Position numbers and translations under genes: made by a program
Source of the DNA: Candidatus Pacearchaeota archaeon
GTDB lineage: Archaea; Nanobdellota; Nanobdellia; Pacearchaeales; GW2011-AR1
Assembly: GCA_018221305.1 (NCBI GenBank)
Contig: JAAOYK010000062.1
Span: forward strand, 1 to 59,403
Reading direction: 5' to 3'
DNA length: 59,403 bases
The notes under the pieces: model-generated
The model's database searches: none
Seen by the model: the letters and a program-made list of their open reading frames with translations, nothing else
What the model was told of the DNA's origin: nothing
Shown: positions 19,165-29,607 of the stretch, in pieces
Layout of the letters: every line of letters begins with the position of its first letter
Position numbering within the stretch: position 1 is the stretch's first letter

Positions 19165-20253
19165 ATGAAAGATAAAAGAAAAGTTTTGTTTATCGGAAGG
19201 TTTCCTCCACCAATGCATGGAGCTTCAAAGATGAATGAATTGTATTATAATAGCAAAATTATCAGAGAAAAGTTCCATGTGCGAAAGATAAAGATTAATT
19301 ATTCTGAGACCTTGGACGAACTTGGACGTTTTAATATTAAAAAATTTTTTGGAGTATTTATTGTATTTTTCCAGGTTTTGAAAAATCTAATAAGCTTTAG
19401 ACCAAATGTAGTAGACTTTGAAATTGCACCACATGGTGTTGCTTTTTATAGAGATAGTATTTATGCGCTACTGTTTAAGCTTTTTGGCAAAAAAGTAATT
19501 TATCACCTACATTCTAAAGAAGTTACTAATAATTTCTACACCAGATTTATATATAACAATTCAAAAGTCGTTATCTTATCAGAGGGACTTTTATCTTCGA
19601 TAAAAGGTGTTGTAAATAGAAAAAATCAAGTTATCATTAATAACGGATTAAAGGATACAATCAGTGATAAACAATTTGAAGCAATTTTAAAAGAACGAAA
19701 AAAAGAAAAAGTGCCTCAAATATTATTTTTGTCAAATCTGATAATTAGTAAAGGGTCAATAGACACGCTTAAGATTTGTAAAGAATTAAAAGAAAAAAAG
19801 AAGGAATTTAGGTGTTCGTTTGTAGGGTCCTGGCCAGATGAGGCTACAAAAAAAGCCTGGAACCAAAAATTGCATGATTATAAGTTAGAAGATTATTGTA
19901 AGTATTTAGGGCCAAAATATGGAAAAGAAAAAAATAAAATCCTTGCAAAAACTAAAATTATGATTCTGCCTACACAATATAAAACAGAATGTTACCCGTT
20001 AGTTATTCTTGAAGCGTTTATGTTCGGTATACCGGTATTATCCTATGATAACGGAGCAATCAAAGAGATTATTATAAAAAACGAATTTGGTAAAGTAGTT
20101 AAGAAAGGTGAATGGAAAAAACTTGCAAAACATTTGAATCAAAATATTGATAAAAAAACAAATGCTCAAAAAATCAGGAATCATTTTAAAGAAAAGCATT
20201 TAGTAGTTTATTCTGAAAAGAAATTACTAGATCTGCTAAAGAAATCAGTATAG
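19165..20253 (+). CDS. Glycosyltransferase family 4
   Basis: PPPMHG, LFLSNL..SKG, ECYPLVILEAFMFGIPV. Confidence 0.9.
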   Translation: MKDKRKVLFIGRFPPPMHGASKMNELYYNSKIIREKFHVRKIKINYSETLDELGRFNIKKFFGVFIVFFQVLKNLISFRPNVVDFEIAPHGVAFYRDSIYALLFKLFGKKVIYHLHSKEVTNNFYTRFIYNNSKVVILSEGLLSSIKGVVNRKNQVIINNGLKDTISDKQFEAILKERKKEKVPQILFLSNLIISKGSIDTLKICKELKEKKKEFRCSFVGSWPDEATKKAWNQKLHDYKLEDYCKYLGPKYGKEKNKILAKTKIMILPTQYKTECYPLVILEAFMFGIPVLSYDNGAIKEIIIKNEFGKVVKKGEWKKLAKHLNQNIDKKTNAQKIRNHFKEKHLVVYSEKKLLDLLKKSV

Positions 20254-20263
20254 AAATCGCGTA

Positions 20264-22303
20264 TTAGCTTTCAACTGGCCAGACACGTGATCCTCTTTGT
20301 TCAAAATTAAAATCCAGGATCTCTCCACCTTCACTTGCAAGCATTTTTACTAATTGATTTTTCTTTTTTGGTGGATGGAAAAATAAAAGATAACCTCCAC
20401 CGCCAGAGCCTAATAGTTTTCCTCCAAAAATTCCACTTTTTATTCCTAAGTCATATAAACGATCAATTTTTTCGTTTGTTACATGAGGTGATAATTCTCT
20501 TTTGCGTTCCCAGGATTCGTGTAATAACTCACCAATACGTTCAAAATTTGGTGTTGCAGATAACAAATTCTCTTTAATCCCTGTAGCAACATCTTTTAAG
20601 CTTTGAAGCTTTCTTGTCACCTGGGCTTCATCTTCTTGAAAAGATTTCTCCTGGCTTTTATGCTGCTCACTAGAATAGTGTTGGCTGCCAGTATAACATA
20701 AAGTTAGATGACTTTTTAATTCATCTATTGTACTATCCTTAAGTCTTAGTGGATGCATAATCTTTTTGTCGCCATTAACAAACTCCATCCAATTAAAACC
20801 TCCAAAGACTGCTACATACTGATCTTGTTTTCCTCCACGAATATTTAACTCATCAACTTCTACACGATAAGCAGTCTCTGCCAAAGATTCATCATCAAAT
20901 CTTCGTCCTTGTAATTCACCTAAAGCTTGTGTTACTAATACTGCCAAACTAGCAGAAGAACCAAGGCCACGCCTTGGAGGTACATCATTATGTAAATAAA
21001 GATCAACACCAAAATTTGGTTTAACAACATTAAAAACTGCTTTGACAAGGTCAAAATTTCCATCATATTTTAAGTCCTTTGTGTCAAGCACTAACTCGTT
21101 TTCAAGCATGTCAGATTCTATGACGAGTTTTGAATCTGCTCTTCTTGCAGCAGTTAAGTGGCAATATTTATCAATTGTTGTACTAATAACAACACCCCCA
21201 TATTTTTCAAAAAAGTATGGAATATCTGTTCCCCCTCCTGCAAAACTTATACGCAAAGGAACCTTTCCGCGCACTACTGGAAGTTTTTGTACTTCAATTT
21301 CTTCATTATGAAACCTAATATCAGCAATACGCCCATTATCATCCAAAATTGGTAGATGACGGGTTCCTGAAAGTAAAATATTAAAATTCTCTTCGTCACT
21401 ATAACTTGTTCTTCCAATTTTTTCTAAATGTTTTACCATTGCTTTTGAAACATTTTCATCCACATCACCACCATTTATTAAATATCTTCTAATAATATTA
21501 TCATTAAGAACACCTTGAAGTTTTCCATCAGGACAAGTAATAAGTAAAAGATCTGTTCGATTTAAATCTAGGATCTTCATTGCTTCACGCACTGTCCTGT
21601 TATCTGTTGTTTGCAATTTTTTTAAGAAATCTTGCCTAAACCTTTCATAGGTTTCGGGTCTTCCAATATCCATAAAATATCCGTCATGGACCTGACCATA
21701 AAGATCACCCTGACGTGCAAGATTTGGAAAAAGTTCATTTTCCAAAGAAACTTTTTTTCCTTCAGGAATTTGTTTAAATATTTCAGGATTAAATAAATAA
21801 ATTCCACGATTTACAAGCCCAGAAGGTGAACCAGACTTTTCTAAAAAATCCGTGATTTTGTCACCTGTTAGCATTACACTCCCATATTCTTTAACGTTAT
21901 CTGAGCGTGTAAGAACCATACTTGCAAGGCCCTTATGGGTATTATGAAACTCATTAAAATCTGATAGATTCACATCAGAGTAAGAATCTCCATTTAACAC
22001 AAAAAAGGTATCATCAATATATTTTTGTGCAAGTTTAATTGCTCCACCGGTTCCTAAAGGAACTTCTTCTTGAGAATAAGTAAGATTTACACCAAACCGG
22101 CCACCATCTCCAAAGTAGGATTTAATATTGTCAGATTTATAATGTACACATAAAGTAATATCATTTAGTCCCTGATCTCTTAAATAATCAATCTGATGTT
22201 CAAGAAAAGGTTTTCCTGCAATCAAGGCCATTGGTTTTGGTAGATCTTTGACTACCTCGCGTAACCTTGTTCCAAATCCTCCTGCAAGAATAATTGATTT
22301 CAT
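20264..22303 (-). CDS. Sugar-1-phosphate nucleotidyltransferase (HddC-like) - CBS pair - GHMP sugar kinase (HddA-like) fusion
   Basis: N-terminal ILAGGFGTRL..PKPM, LGTGGA, NGDS, DIGRPE; central CBS-like segment; C-terminal PLRISFAGGGTD, GLGSSAS, GKQDQY, GGKLLGSGGGG. Confidence 0.9.
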   Translation of the reverse strand: MKSIILAGGFGTRLREVVKDLPKPMALIAGKPFLEHQIDYLRDQGLNDITLCVHYKSDNIKSYFGDGGRFGVNLTYSQEEVPLGTGGAIKLAQKYIDDTFFVLNGDSYSDVNLSDFNEFHNTHKGLASMVLTRSDNVKEYGSVMLTGDKITDFLEKSGSPSGLVNRGIYLFNPEIFKQIPEGKKVSLENELFPNLARQGDLYGQVHDGYFMDIGRPETYERFRQDFLKKLQTTDNRTVREAMKILDLNRTDLLLITCPDGKLQGVLNDNIIRRYLINGGDVDENVSKAMVKHLEKIGRTSYSDEENFNILLSGTRHLPILDDNGRIADIRFHNEEIEVQKLPVVRGKVPLRISFAGGGTDIPYFFEKYGGVVISTTIDKYCHLTAARRADSKLVIESDMLENELVLDTKDLKYDGNFDLVKAVFNVVKPNFGVDLYLHNDVPPRRGLGSSASLAVLVTQALGELQGRRFDDESLAETAYRVEVDELNIRGGKQDQYVAVFGGFNWMEFVNGDKKIMHPLRLKDSTIDELKSHLTLCYTGSQHYSSEQHKSQEKSFQEDEAQVTRKLQSLKDVATGIKENLLSATPNFERIGELLHESWERKRELSPHVTNEKIDRLYDLGIKSGIFGGKLLGSGGGGYLLFFHPPKKKNQLVKMLASEGGEILDFNFEQRGSRVWPVES

Positions 22304-22339
22304 GCTCTAATTTTAAAAAAACCTCATTTTGAAATAATA

Positions 22340-23320
22340 TTAAACATTCCCATAAAGATTATTTTTTAATAAAATTTCATATGCCTTCAAAAGCTCAACA
22401 ATACCATCATCTAAAGAATAAGCAGGCTTAAAGCCTGTATCTAATAAACGTTTATTTGATACAATATAGTTTCTTTTGTCAGGATCTTTACCAATAGGAG
22501 CTTCTAAGATTTCCAAACCTGGGACATATTTTTTTATTTTTTGTGCAAGTTCTAGTTTTGACAAATTAGCATCATCAAGGCCTAAATTATAAGGTTTGTT
22601 CTTCATTGTTTCATAATTTTCTATTCCGTGCTCAAAAGCTCGGGCCACGTCACGAATGTGGATGTAGTTTCTTTTAAAAGAAGATTCAAAAAGTACTAAG
22701 CTTCTGTCTTGCACAGCTTTTAACACGAAATCGTTTACTAGCAAATCAGTACGCATTCTTGGAGAAACACCAAACACGGTCGCAAGCCTAAAAGTTAAAG
22801 CGTCTTTAGTTCCTTCTAATAAATCCTTTTCAGCCTTACATTTTGTTTTACCGTACAAAGAAATAGGCTGAAGAGGAGTATCTTCAGTACAAAAGACTTC
22901 ACCAGTTCGAGCACCATACCCACTATTTGTGTTTGGATATAATATTTTTTGTTCAGGACTTCTAAAATAATTAAGATTATCTACTGCTTCCTCATTAATC
23001 TCTCTTGCGTCTTGAGGATTTCTATCGCATAAAGGCATCCCAACCCTTGCTGCTAAAGGAATAATAACATCCTTATCTTTTATAACACGTTTTACAAGGC
23101 CTTGGTCACGTACATCACCATAAATAAAGTCAAACTTAGGATTATGTGCATAAATCATTAAGGATTTTTGACTAAATGATAGATTATCAAGACAAGTGAC
23201 ATTATAACCAGATTCAAGAAAGTGACCAGTCATCACGCTTCCAAGATACCCTGCACCACCCGTAATCAGGATGTTTCCTTTATCTCTTTTAACCTCTTTG
23301 AATTCATAACTCTTTGCCAT
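22340..23320 (-). CDS. NAD-dependent epimerase/dehydratase (extended SDR)
   Basis: TGGAGYLG, PLAARVG, YGKTK (intact YxxxK), RLATVFG. Confidence 0.9.
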   Translation of the reverse strand: MAKSYEFKEVKRDKGNILITGGAGYLGSVMTGHFLESGYNVTCLDNLSFSQKSLMIYAHNPKFDFIYGDVRDQGLVKRVIKDKDVIIPLAARVGMPLCDRNPQDAREINEEAVDNLNYFRSPEQKILYPNTNSGYGARTGEVFCTEDTPLQPISLYGKTKCKAEKDLLEGTKDALTFRLATVFGVSPRMRTDLLVNDFVLKAVQDRSLVLFESSFKRNYIHIRDVARAFEHGIENYETMKNKPYNLGLDDANLSKLELAQKIKKYVPGLEILEAPIGKDPDKRNYIVSNKRLLDTGFKPAYSLDDGIVELLKAYEILLKNNLYGNV

Positions 23321-23465
23321 ATTTTACCTATTCTTTAATACTTAAAATGACAAAAAATTGTTTTAAATAGTTTATTATTATCAATTATATCTATGCAATA
23401 ATAGTTATATATTGCAGTTGTTTTACCTTAAGAATATTTAAAAGTAAGTCATGAATTCTGTTTTT

Positions 23466-25067
23466 ATGAAAAATAAAGCTAATAAAATTATGGTGATAAC
23501 TGTAACAGATGTACGTAATATTCCAAAGCAACAATGGACAAAGCCTTTGACTGAAAACTGCAAAGAGCTAGTTTGGATTGATTTAAAGAAAATATACCTT
23601 GAACATGGTAAAGAAAAAACACAAAAAATTCTCTTAAAGAAAGTTGAACAAGAAAAGCCAGAATTTTTGTTTATGTATGATAGTCTTTTTTATGATATTA
23701 ACCTCTTAAGTTTAATGGATGGTATTAAACAAGTATCAAAAAAAACACGCACAGTACTTTTTTCAGGCGATGATGACTTAACTTTTGATTATACAAGATA
23801 CCTTGCATTATTTTTTGATTATATTTTGCTTGGATTAATTGATTATGTCAAGATTTATGAAGAACACGGACTAAATAATGCATATTATATAACACCTGCA
23901 GATTATAAAGAAATCCCACAACAAGCAAAAAAGTATGATGTAACATTTATGGGGGCTGATAAAGCAGATAGAAGAGAAGTTTTGGATTATTTGCACAAAA
24001 GCGGAGTTAATATCACATTGTTTGGGTATCCAACATGGAAAAAATATCCAGGATTAAGAGATATTTATAAGGGAATGCTCCCCAGCGAAGAATATTTGAA
24101 AACAATCAGTCAAAGCAAAATAAATCTTTGCTTTTCTAAAAATATGCTTGGCGTGCCCCACTTAACAGGAAGATTTCTTGAAAACAGTGTCTTAAAATCT
24201 TTTTCTTTGATTGAGTATTCTCCTCAGGTTGCTGAACTTCTCAAGGAAGGAAAGGAAATTGTCATGTTTAAGACAAAAGAAGAAGCATTAAAGAAAATAA
24301 AATATTATCTAGAACATGAAAACGAGCGAGAAAATATAGCCAAAGCAGCATATAAAAAAGTTACAGTAGATTTTGATTTCAGAAAGAATCTTAAAAAATT
24401 TATACAAAAAGCATTAAAACAAAAACCAAAAAGTAATGTACCAAAAGAAGATTCTTCATTAATCTATCTTAACGAAAAATTGATGAAAGAGCCAAAAGAG
24501 CAATTGTTCAAAAAAATAAAAAATTTTGAATATATTGCTTTTTCAAAAGGTAAAGTTATAAAATCTAGATTTAAAGATAGATTACAGGTATACTCTATTA
24601 AAGAAAATAAGAAACAAATTAGCTGTTGTGACTATACTATTTACTCAAAACAGTTAGGAGATTATGCAAGGTTTCGATTTGTACCCTTTGGTAAAGTTCC
24701 AAACAGAGAATATGCACCTTACTTAAGCATAAACCAGATTGTTATGACAAAAAAGTTTTTTATTGAAAATTTTGCACAAATAAAAAATGCATACAAAAAG
24801 GAAATGATTAATTTTGTTAATCAAAAAAATACTGCTTTTGTCTCAATACCATTAGTACGGATCAGTAAGTTTAGGTCGAAATTTTTCAAACAAAAAGAAT
24901 TAACAGAACAATTAGGTCTATTTTTATTTTCATTTCATAGAGAGCTTTATGCTAGAAGAAAAAATCCAATCAGATTCATGCAATATGTTTTCTCATTACT
25001 AAAAGAAATTATTATGGGTAAGAGGTTTATAATTAAACAAATAAAATATAGGATCCCAAAGTCTTAA
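23466..25067 (+). CDS. CgeB/DUF3880-type GT-B glycosyltransferase with an extra C-terminal domain
   Basis: YDVTFMG..R, SKINLCF, R.LE, GKEIV.F, YYLEHE.ERE.IA; start set by a TATA 29 nt upstream. Confidence 0.75.
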   Translation: MKNKANKIMVITVTDVRNIPKQQWTKPLTENCKELVWIDLKKIYLEHGKEKTQKILLKKVEQEKPEFLFMYDSLFYDINLLSLMDGIKQVSKKTRTVLFSGDDDLTFDYTRYLALFFDYILLGLIDYVKIYEEHGLNNAYYITPADYKEIPQQAKKYDVTFMGADKADRREVLDYLHKSGVNITLFGYPTWKKYPGLRDIYKGMLPSEEYLKTISQSKINLCFSKNMLGVPHLTGRFLENSVLKSFSLIEYSPQVAELLKEGKEIVMFKTKEEALKKIKYYLEHENERENIAKAAYKKVTVDFDFRKNLKKFIQKALKQKPKSNVPKEDSSLIYLNEKLMKEPKEQLFKKIKNFEYIAFSKGKVIKSRFKDRLQVYSIKENKKQISCCDYTIYSKQLGDYARFRFVPFGKVPNREYAPYLSINQIVMTKKFFIENFAQIKNAYKKEMINFVNQKNTAFVSIPLVRISKFRSKFFKQKELTEQLGLFLFSFHRELYARRKNPIRFMQYVFSLLKEIIMGKRFIIKQIKYRIPKS

Positions 25068-25093
25068 ATTCAGGGAATCATTATATCAATAAC

Positions 25094-26038
25094 ATGGAAA
25101 AAACATCAAAAATATATGTTGCAGGACATAACGGGCTTGCAGGCTATGCTATAGTTAAAGAACTAAAAGCAAACGGGTATCATAACCTGGTTTACAAAAC
25201 AAGAGACGAGTTAAATCTAAAAAATTTAGAAGAAGTAGAGAAGTTTTTTAAAAATCAAAGACCAGAATATGTTTTTATTGCTGCTGCTAAAGTTGGAGGG
25301 ATAAAAGCTAATAAAGAGAAAAAAGCAGAATTTATATATGACAATCTTCAGATTCAAAACAATTTAATACATTTGTCATGGAAATACAATGTCAAAAAGT
25401 TATTATTTCTTGCAAGTAATTGTATGTATCCTAAAGAATCATTACAACCGATCAAAGAAGAATTTTTCCTTACTGGCGCGCCAGAACCTACAAACGATGC
25501 ATTTGCCGTTGCAAAAATTGCAGGAGTAAAAATGTGTCAAGCCTATAATCAGCAATACGGATGCAAATTTATAAGTGTTGTCCCGTCAAGTTTATACGGA
25601 GAAAATGATAATTTTGATTTGAAGTCGTGTCACCTTCTTCCAGCGCTTATTCGACGTTTTCACGAAGCAAAATTAAGAAAAAGCAATATAATCGAGCTTT
25701 GGGGAAGCGGGAGACCAAAAAGAGAATTAATGTATGCAAGAGACCTGGCACGTGCTTTAATCTTTTTAATGAGAAATTATGAAACTACACAACTAATTAA
25801 TATTGGTCCGGGACAAGATAAATCAGTAGAAGAAATTGCAAATATTGTCAAAGAGATTGTTGGATTTGACGGAGAAATTGTTTTTGATAAAACTAAACCT
25901 GACGGGGTGTTTAGGAAATTGCTTGATACTACTAAAATTAAGGATCTTGGATGGACTCCAAAAACAGATTTAAAAACAGGAATCAAAAAAACCTATGATT
26001 GGTTTAAAATTAACTATGCAAGCCTACAAAATCTCTAG
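25094..26038 (+). CDS. GDP-L-fucose synthase (Fcl/ColC)-like epimerase-reductase with catalytic Tyr replaced by Phe
   Basis: AGHNGLAG, AAAKVGGI, SNCMYP, PTNDAFAVAKIAG, WGSGRPKRE, KPDG. Confidence 0.88.
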   Translation: MEKTSKIYVAGHNGLAGYAIVKELKANGYHNLVYKTRDELNLKNLEEVEKFFKNQRPEYVFIAAAKVGGIKANKEKKAEFIYDNLQIQNNLIHLSWKYNVKKLLFLASNCMYPKESLQPIKEEFFLTGAPEPTNDAFAVAKIAGVKMCQAYNQQYGCKFISVVPSSLYGENDNFDLKSCHLLPALIRRFHEAKLRKSNIIELWGSGRPKRELMYARDLARALIFLMRNYETTQLINIGPGQDKSVEEIANIVKEIVGFDGEIVFDKTKPDGVFRKLLDTTKIKDLGWTPKTDLKTGIKKTYDWFKINYASLQNL

Positions 26039-27203
26039 TTTTTTCTAAAAAATAATCAAGATGATCATTCTCTAAATCTTGATGCACACCAATATGCAAA
26101 CCTTTTTCGCCAATATATTCTGATTCTGGGAAATCGCCACGAGTATGACCCATGAATTTAAAACTGTCGTACCCTGTAGGTATTGAGTCAAATAATACAC
26201 GAGTTTCAATACCATTTTGTTCTAAGTGTTGAGCATATTGTTCTCGAGTAAAAGGCGCATCTTCGCTTAAAATTATTGGAAATGCATGTGGGCCGATAAC
26301 CTCATAATCTTCTTTTTTAAAAGTTTGAAGGATTGGACCAAATTCTTGAAGATTTTCAATAAGATAATCAAGGTTTCCGATTCTTTTCTCTAAAATATCA
26401 TGATAAATATCCAAAGTTCCAAGCCCTACAGCTGCCTCTAATTCGTTCATTTTTGTAGAGTATCCAATACGCTGAAACGTAAAACGCATATCCTTACCAT
26501 CTTGAAATCTTCTTTGACAGTAATCACCAGTAATGTTCATACGGCACGGGCTGCATGAACACCATCTACCATGAGAACGAAGTGATCTTAATATTTTTGC
26601 ATAATCCTTATTATCTGTTGTAATAATTCCACCTTCGACACTAGAAATAATGTGTGCCAGATATAAACTAAAAGCGCCCATATCACCCATAGTTCCTGCA
26701 TCACGTCCATGATATTTTGTTCCGTGAGCTTCTGCTGCATCTTCAATAACTTTTAAATCATATTGTTTAGCTAATTGTGATATTTTATTCATGTCTGCAG
26801 GCTTACCCATAAGATGTACTGGCATTATAGCAATTGTATCTTCATTAATTTTTTCTTTAATCCTTTCTGGATTAATATTTAAAGTGTCACGCTCTACATC
26901 AACAAAGTTTGGTACAAAGCCAGCATTAATAACAGAATTTGCAGTAGCCACAAAAGTCAGTGAAGGAATAATTACATTATCCCCCCTTTTAGCCCCGTAA
27001 TCGTAAAGTACTGATAAAGCTAAAGTGTCAGCATCAGTACCAGAAGTTACTGCTACTGCCTCTTTGACACCTATTAAATCAGCAAATCTTTCTTCAAATT
27101 CTTTGACATATTTTCCTTGAGAAACTCGTTTAGATTCTAATGCTTTATTTACTAATTCTTTTGCTTTATCTGTGATAGTTATTGTTCCAAATGGATATCT
27201 CAT
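26010..27203 (-). CDS. DegT/DnrJ-fold PLP/PMP enzyme of the His-type RfbH(E1)/ColD 3-dehydratase subgroup
   Basis: SGTDA, TFVAT, PVHLMG, EDAAEAHG; FSLYLAHIISSVEGG has His at the Schiff-base Lys position; HGRWCSCSPC...C Cys cluster. Confidence 0.85.
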   Translation of the reverse strand: MRYPFGTITITDKAKELVNKALESKRVSQGKYVKEFEERFADLIGVKEAVAVTSGTDADTLALSVLYDYGAKRGDNVIIPSLTFVATANSVINAGFVPNFVDVERDTLNINPERIKEKINEDTIAIMPVHLMGKPADMNKISQLAKQYDLKVIEDAAEAHGTKYHGRDAGTMGDMGAFSLYLAHIISSVEGGIITTDNKDYAKILRSLRSHGRWCSCSPCRMNITGDYCQRRFQDGKDMRFTFQRIGYSTKMNELEAAVGLGTLDIYHDILEKRIGNLDYLIENLQEFGPILQTFKKEDYEVIGPHAFPIILSEDAPFTREQYAQHLEQNGIETRVLFDSIPTGYDSFKFMGHTRGDFPESEYIGEKGLHIGVHQDLENDHLDYFLEKTRDFVGLHS

Positions 27204-27270
27204 TTTTATAATTACAAAAACCTCCTTTTTACTTATAAATACGATTGTTATACAACAGAATATACAAATC

Positions 27271-27278
27271 TTTAAAAG
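27271..27278 (+). promoter_or_regulatory. Archaeal TATA box (leaderless-type spacing)
   Basis: TTTAAAAG starts 30 nt upstream of ATG 27301. Confidence 0.55.
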
Positions 27279-27300
27279 CAAAAATATTTATTGTTAACTT

Positions 27301-28200
27301 ATGATTATTACTCTTAATCCTGAAAAGGACGATATTCCGCAAACAAATTCTATTGATCAAGAACAAGCATTAGAAATATTTGAAAAAATCTGTTATACAA
27401 GAGCTTTTGAAAAACAGGTAAAAAAGTCTTATGATACTCATGATATCAAATGTCCTGTTTATTTATCAGTCGGACAAGAAGCAGCATCTGCCACAATTTC
27501 TACTTTTTTTAAACCAGATTTAATATTTACACAGCATAGAGGACATGCATATTATTTATCTTTTGGAGGAGATAAAGACAAGATTGTTGACGAATTATTA
27601 GGAAGAGATTCTGGATGTAATCGAGGTAGGGGCGGATCTCCAGGCGTACAGGATTTAAATATTGGAATGATTGGTCATCACGGGTTAATCGGAGAAAATG
27701 TACCATTAGCAGTAGGGGCAGCAGTAGGAGACACTACAAAAAAAGTATTGTGTGTTTTTGGTGACGGAGCTGCTGAGGAAGATTATATTTTTACAGCGAT
27801 GGCTTTTGCTCAAACTCATAAACTTCAAGTACTTTTTGTTTGTGAGGACAATGATTTATCAATACTTACAAAAAAGCATGTTAGACGAAACTGGGAGTTA
27901 AGTGATGCTTTAAAGGCCATTGGGATGCCTGCAGTTGATATACCTGATGATCCAGAACTTATTGCAAAATATGTTAACGAGTTTAAGCATAAACTTCCAG
28001 CATTTATTAATTGTAGAACGTGTAGACATTTATGGCATGTAGGAACAGGTCAGGACGGAACACCGCGCATAGATAGATTAAAAGAATACAAACAAAAACT
28101 TATACAAATGGGTTCTAGTTCATACAAATTACAAGAAATTGAAGATCAAAAATTACAGGAGGCAGAAACATTATGGCGCAGACACTTGGAGAGACAATAA
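27301..28200 (+). CDS. TPP-dependent dehydrogenase/carboligase E1 alpha-like subunit
   Basis: YLSVGQEA, HRGHA, GRGGS, FGDGAAEE...EDN (TPP-binding GDG-x-N motif). Confidence 0.9.
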   Translation: MIITLNPEKDDIPQTNSIDQEQALEIFEKICYTRAFEKQVKKSYDTHDIKCPVYLSVGQEAASATISTFFKPDLIFTQHRGHAYYLSFGGDKDKIVDELLGRDSGCNRGRGGSPGVQDLNIGMIGHHGLIGENVPLAVGAAVGDTTKKVLCVFGDGAAEEDYIFTAMAFAQTHKLQVLFVCEDNDLSILTKKHVRRNWELSDALKAIGMPAVDIPDDPELIAKYVNEFKHKLPAFINCRTCRHLWHVGTGQDGTPRIDRLKEYKQKLIQMGSSSYKLQEIEDQKLQEAETLWRRHLERQ

Positions 28201-29096
28201 AAGAAATCACGCGTAAGCATTTAGAAGAAAATAATGGCATTATCCTTGGCCAATGCCTTAGTGCTGTTGGGTGGGTCAATAATACAGTTCCAGATACAAA
28301 AAATATTATTGAGCTTCCTATGACTGATGTTGCTGGAGCAGGGATTGCGGCAGGAGCTGCTATAACCGGAAGAAGACCAATTTTTGTTATAAGATTTCAG
28401 GATTTTATGTTTCTAAACTCTAGCACATTAGTTAACTATGCAGCTAAAGCAAAACAGATCTTTAATGTGAATGTTCCAGTATTTATTAGAGCCTTAGCAA
28501 CCGAAGGAAATGGAACTGGTCCTGTACACTCTGGGGTCTTGCATGGAATTTTTATGCATATGCCTGGATTTAAGGTCTGTTCACCAATGACTCCTGGAGA
28601 ATATAAAGAAGTTTGGAGCGAGTTCATGAAAAGTGATGGGCCAATGTATGTTAGTGAACATAGGAAGAGCTTTAATCAAATTGAAGAAATACCAGACATC
28701 ACTACAACAGACGCAGAAATTACTATTTATGGCATTTCAACATCACGTTTCAGTATAGTACAAGCTATTGAGATGCTAAAAAATGAAGGAATAAAATGTA
28801 ACTTTGTAAACATTTTATGGCTTAAGCCTTTAAAACTTACAGAAAGAATGACAGAACCTTTACTTAAAACAGGTATGGGATTAATTGTTGATACTGATTT
28901 TGAAATTGCAGGAGCATCACAGTCTATTGCTTATGAATTAATGAAAAAAACAAAAAAGTATGTAGAAGCATTAGGTGCTATGGACAAAAGCGTTGGTACA
29001 GCAAAAAGATATGAAAACGGAACACCTAGTCCTGAAAAAATAGTTGCAAAAGTTAAAGAATTAATTGAAATTAGAAAACAATCAAATACGCAATAA
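28173..29096 (+). CDS. TPP-dependent E1 beta / transketolase C-terminal-like subunit
   Basis: ELPMTD..G.A.GAA..G.RPI, GPVHS, PG..V..P.TP and L..L.PL pyrimidine-binding/C-terminal patterns; overlaps the alpha gene. Confidence 0.85.
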   Translation: MAQTLGETIKEITRKHLEENNGIILGQCLSAVGWVNNTVPDTKNIIELPMTDVAGAGIAAGAAITGRRPIFVIRFQDFMFLNSSTLVNYAAKAKQIFNVNVPVFIRALATEGNGTGPVHSGVLHGIFMHMPGFKVCSPMTPGEYKEVWSEFMKSDGPMYVSEHRKSFNQIEEIPDITTTDAEITIYGISTSRFSIVQAIEMLKNEGIKCNFVNILWLKPLKLTERMTEPLLKTGMGLIVDTDFEIAGASQSIAYELMKKTKKYVEALGAMDKSVGTAKRYENGTPSPEKIVAKVKELIEIRKQSNTQ

Positions 29097-29528
29097 ATAT
29101 TTTTGTAAAAGAGGCTTTAAAGTCCTAAATAAAGGAATTATTTCAATTTTATCTCGCGGGATTAAAAATCCACCTTTTCCTTCCATAACTTTTACATTTG
29201 ACAAGGATTTTAGATCATTATCCGGAATCACAGATTCATATAAAGTATAATTAAACTTTTTATTTAACACATTGATAAATGTAAGATCAGCAATACGTTT
29301 TGAGCCCTCATAAATCATGTCAGTAACTTTTGGTCCTAATTCTTCAAGAAGTTCTCTTTTTAATGCCTGAGTTTCAGTTTCATCATCTTCTATTGCTCCA
29401 CCAAAAAAAGTGTAATGTAGTCTATATTCTTCTATCCAATAAGTATCATCTTTTTGTTGAAGATAAAAATCTGTATGACCGGGATTTGTAATAACAAGGC
29501 CTACACCGTAATATGTTTTATCATCCAT
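29082..29528 (-). CDS. NUDIX hydrolase
   Basis: Nudix box GGAIEDDETETQALKRELLEELG. Confidence 0.88.
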   Translation of the reverse strand: MDDKTYYGVGLVITNPGHTDFYLQQKDDTYWIEEYRLHYTFFGGAIEDDETETQALKRELLEELGPKVTDMIYEGSKRIADLTFINVLNKKFNYTLYESVIPDNDLKSLSNVKVMEGKGGFLIPRDKIEIIPLFRTLKPLLQKYLLRI

Positions 29529-29577
29529 AGATATTTCAACTATATAGCAGCTTATTAATATTTGTATAATCATAAAC

Positions 29578-29585
29578 TTTAAAAG
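29578..29585 (+). promoter_or_regulatory. Archaeal TATA box (leaderless-type spacing)
   Basis: TTTAAAAG starts 30 nt upstream of ATG 29608. Confidence 0.55.
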
Positions 29586-29607
29586 TAAGACATTTCTTAA
29601 TTGAATT

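Noticed and set aside
27301-29096. Pyruvate dehydrogenase complex for central metabolism
   Set aside because: No E2 or E3 genes nearby, the beta subunit is divergent, and the pair is embedded among nucleotide-sugar genes.
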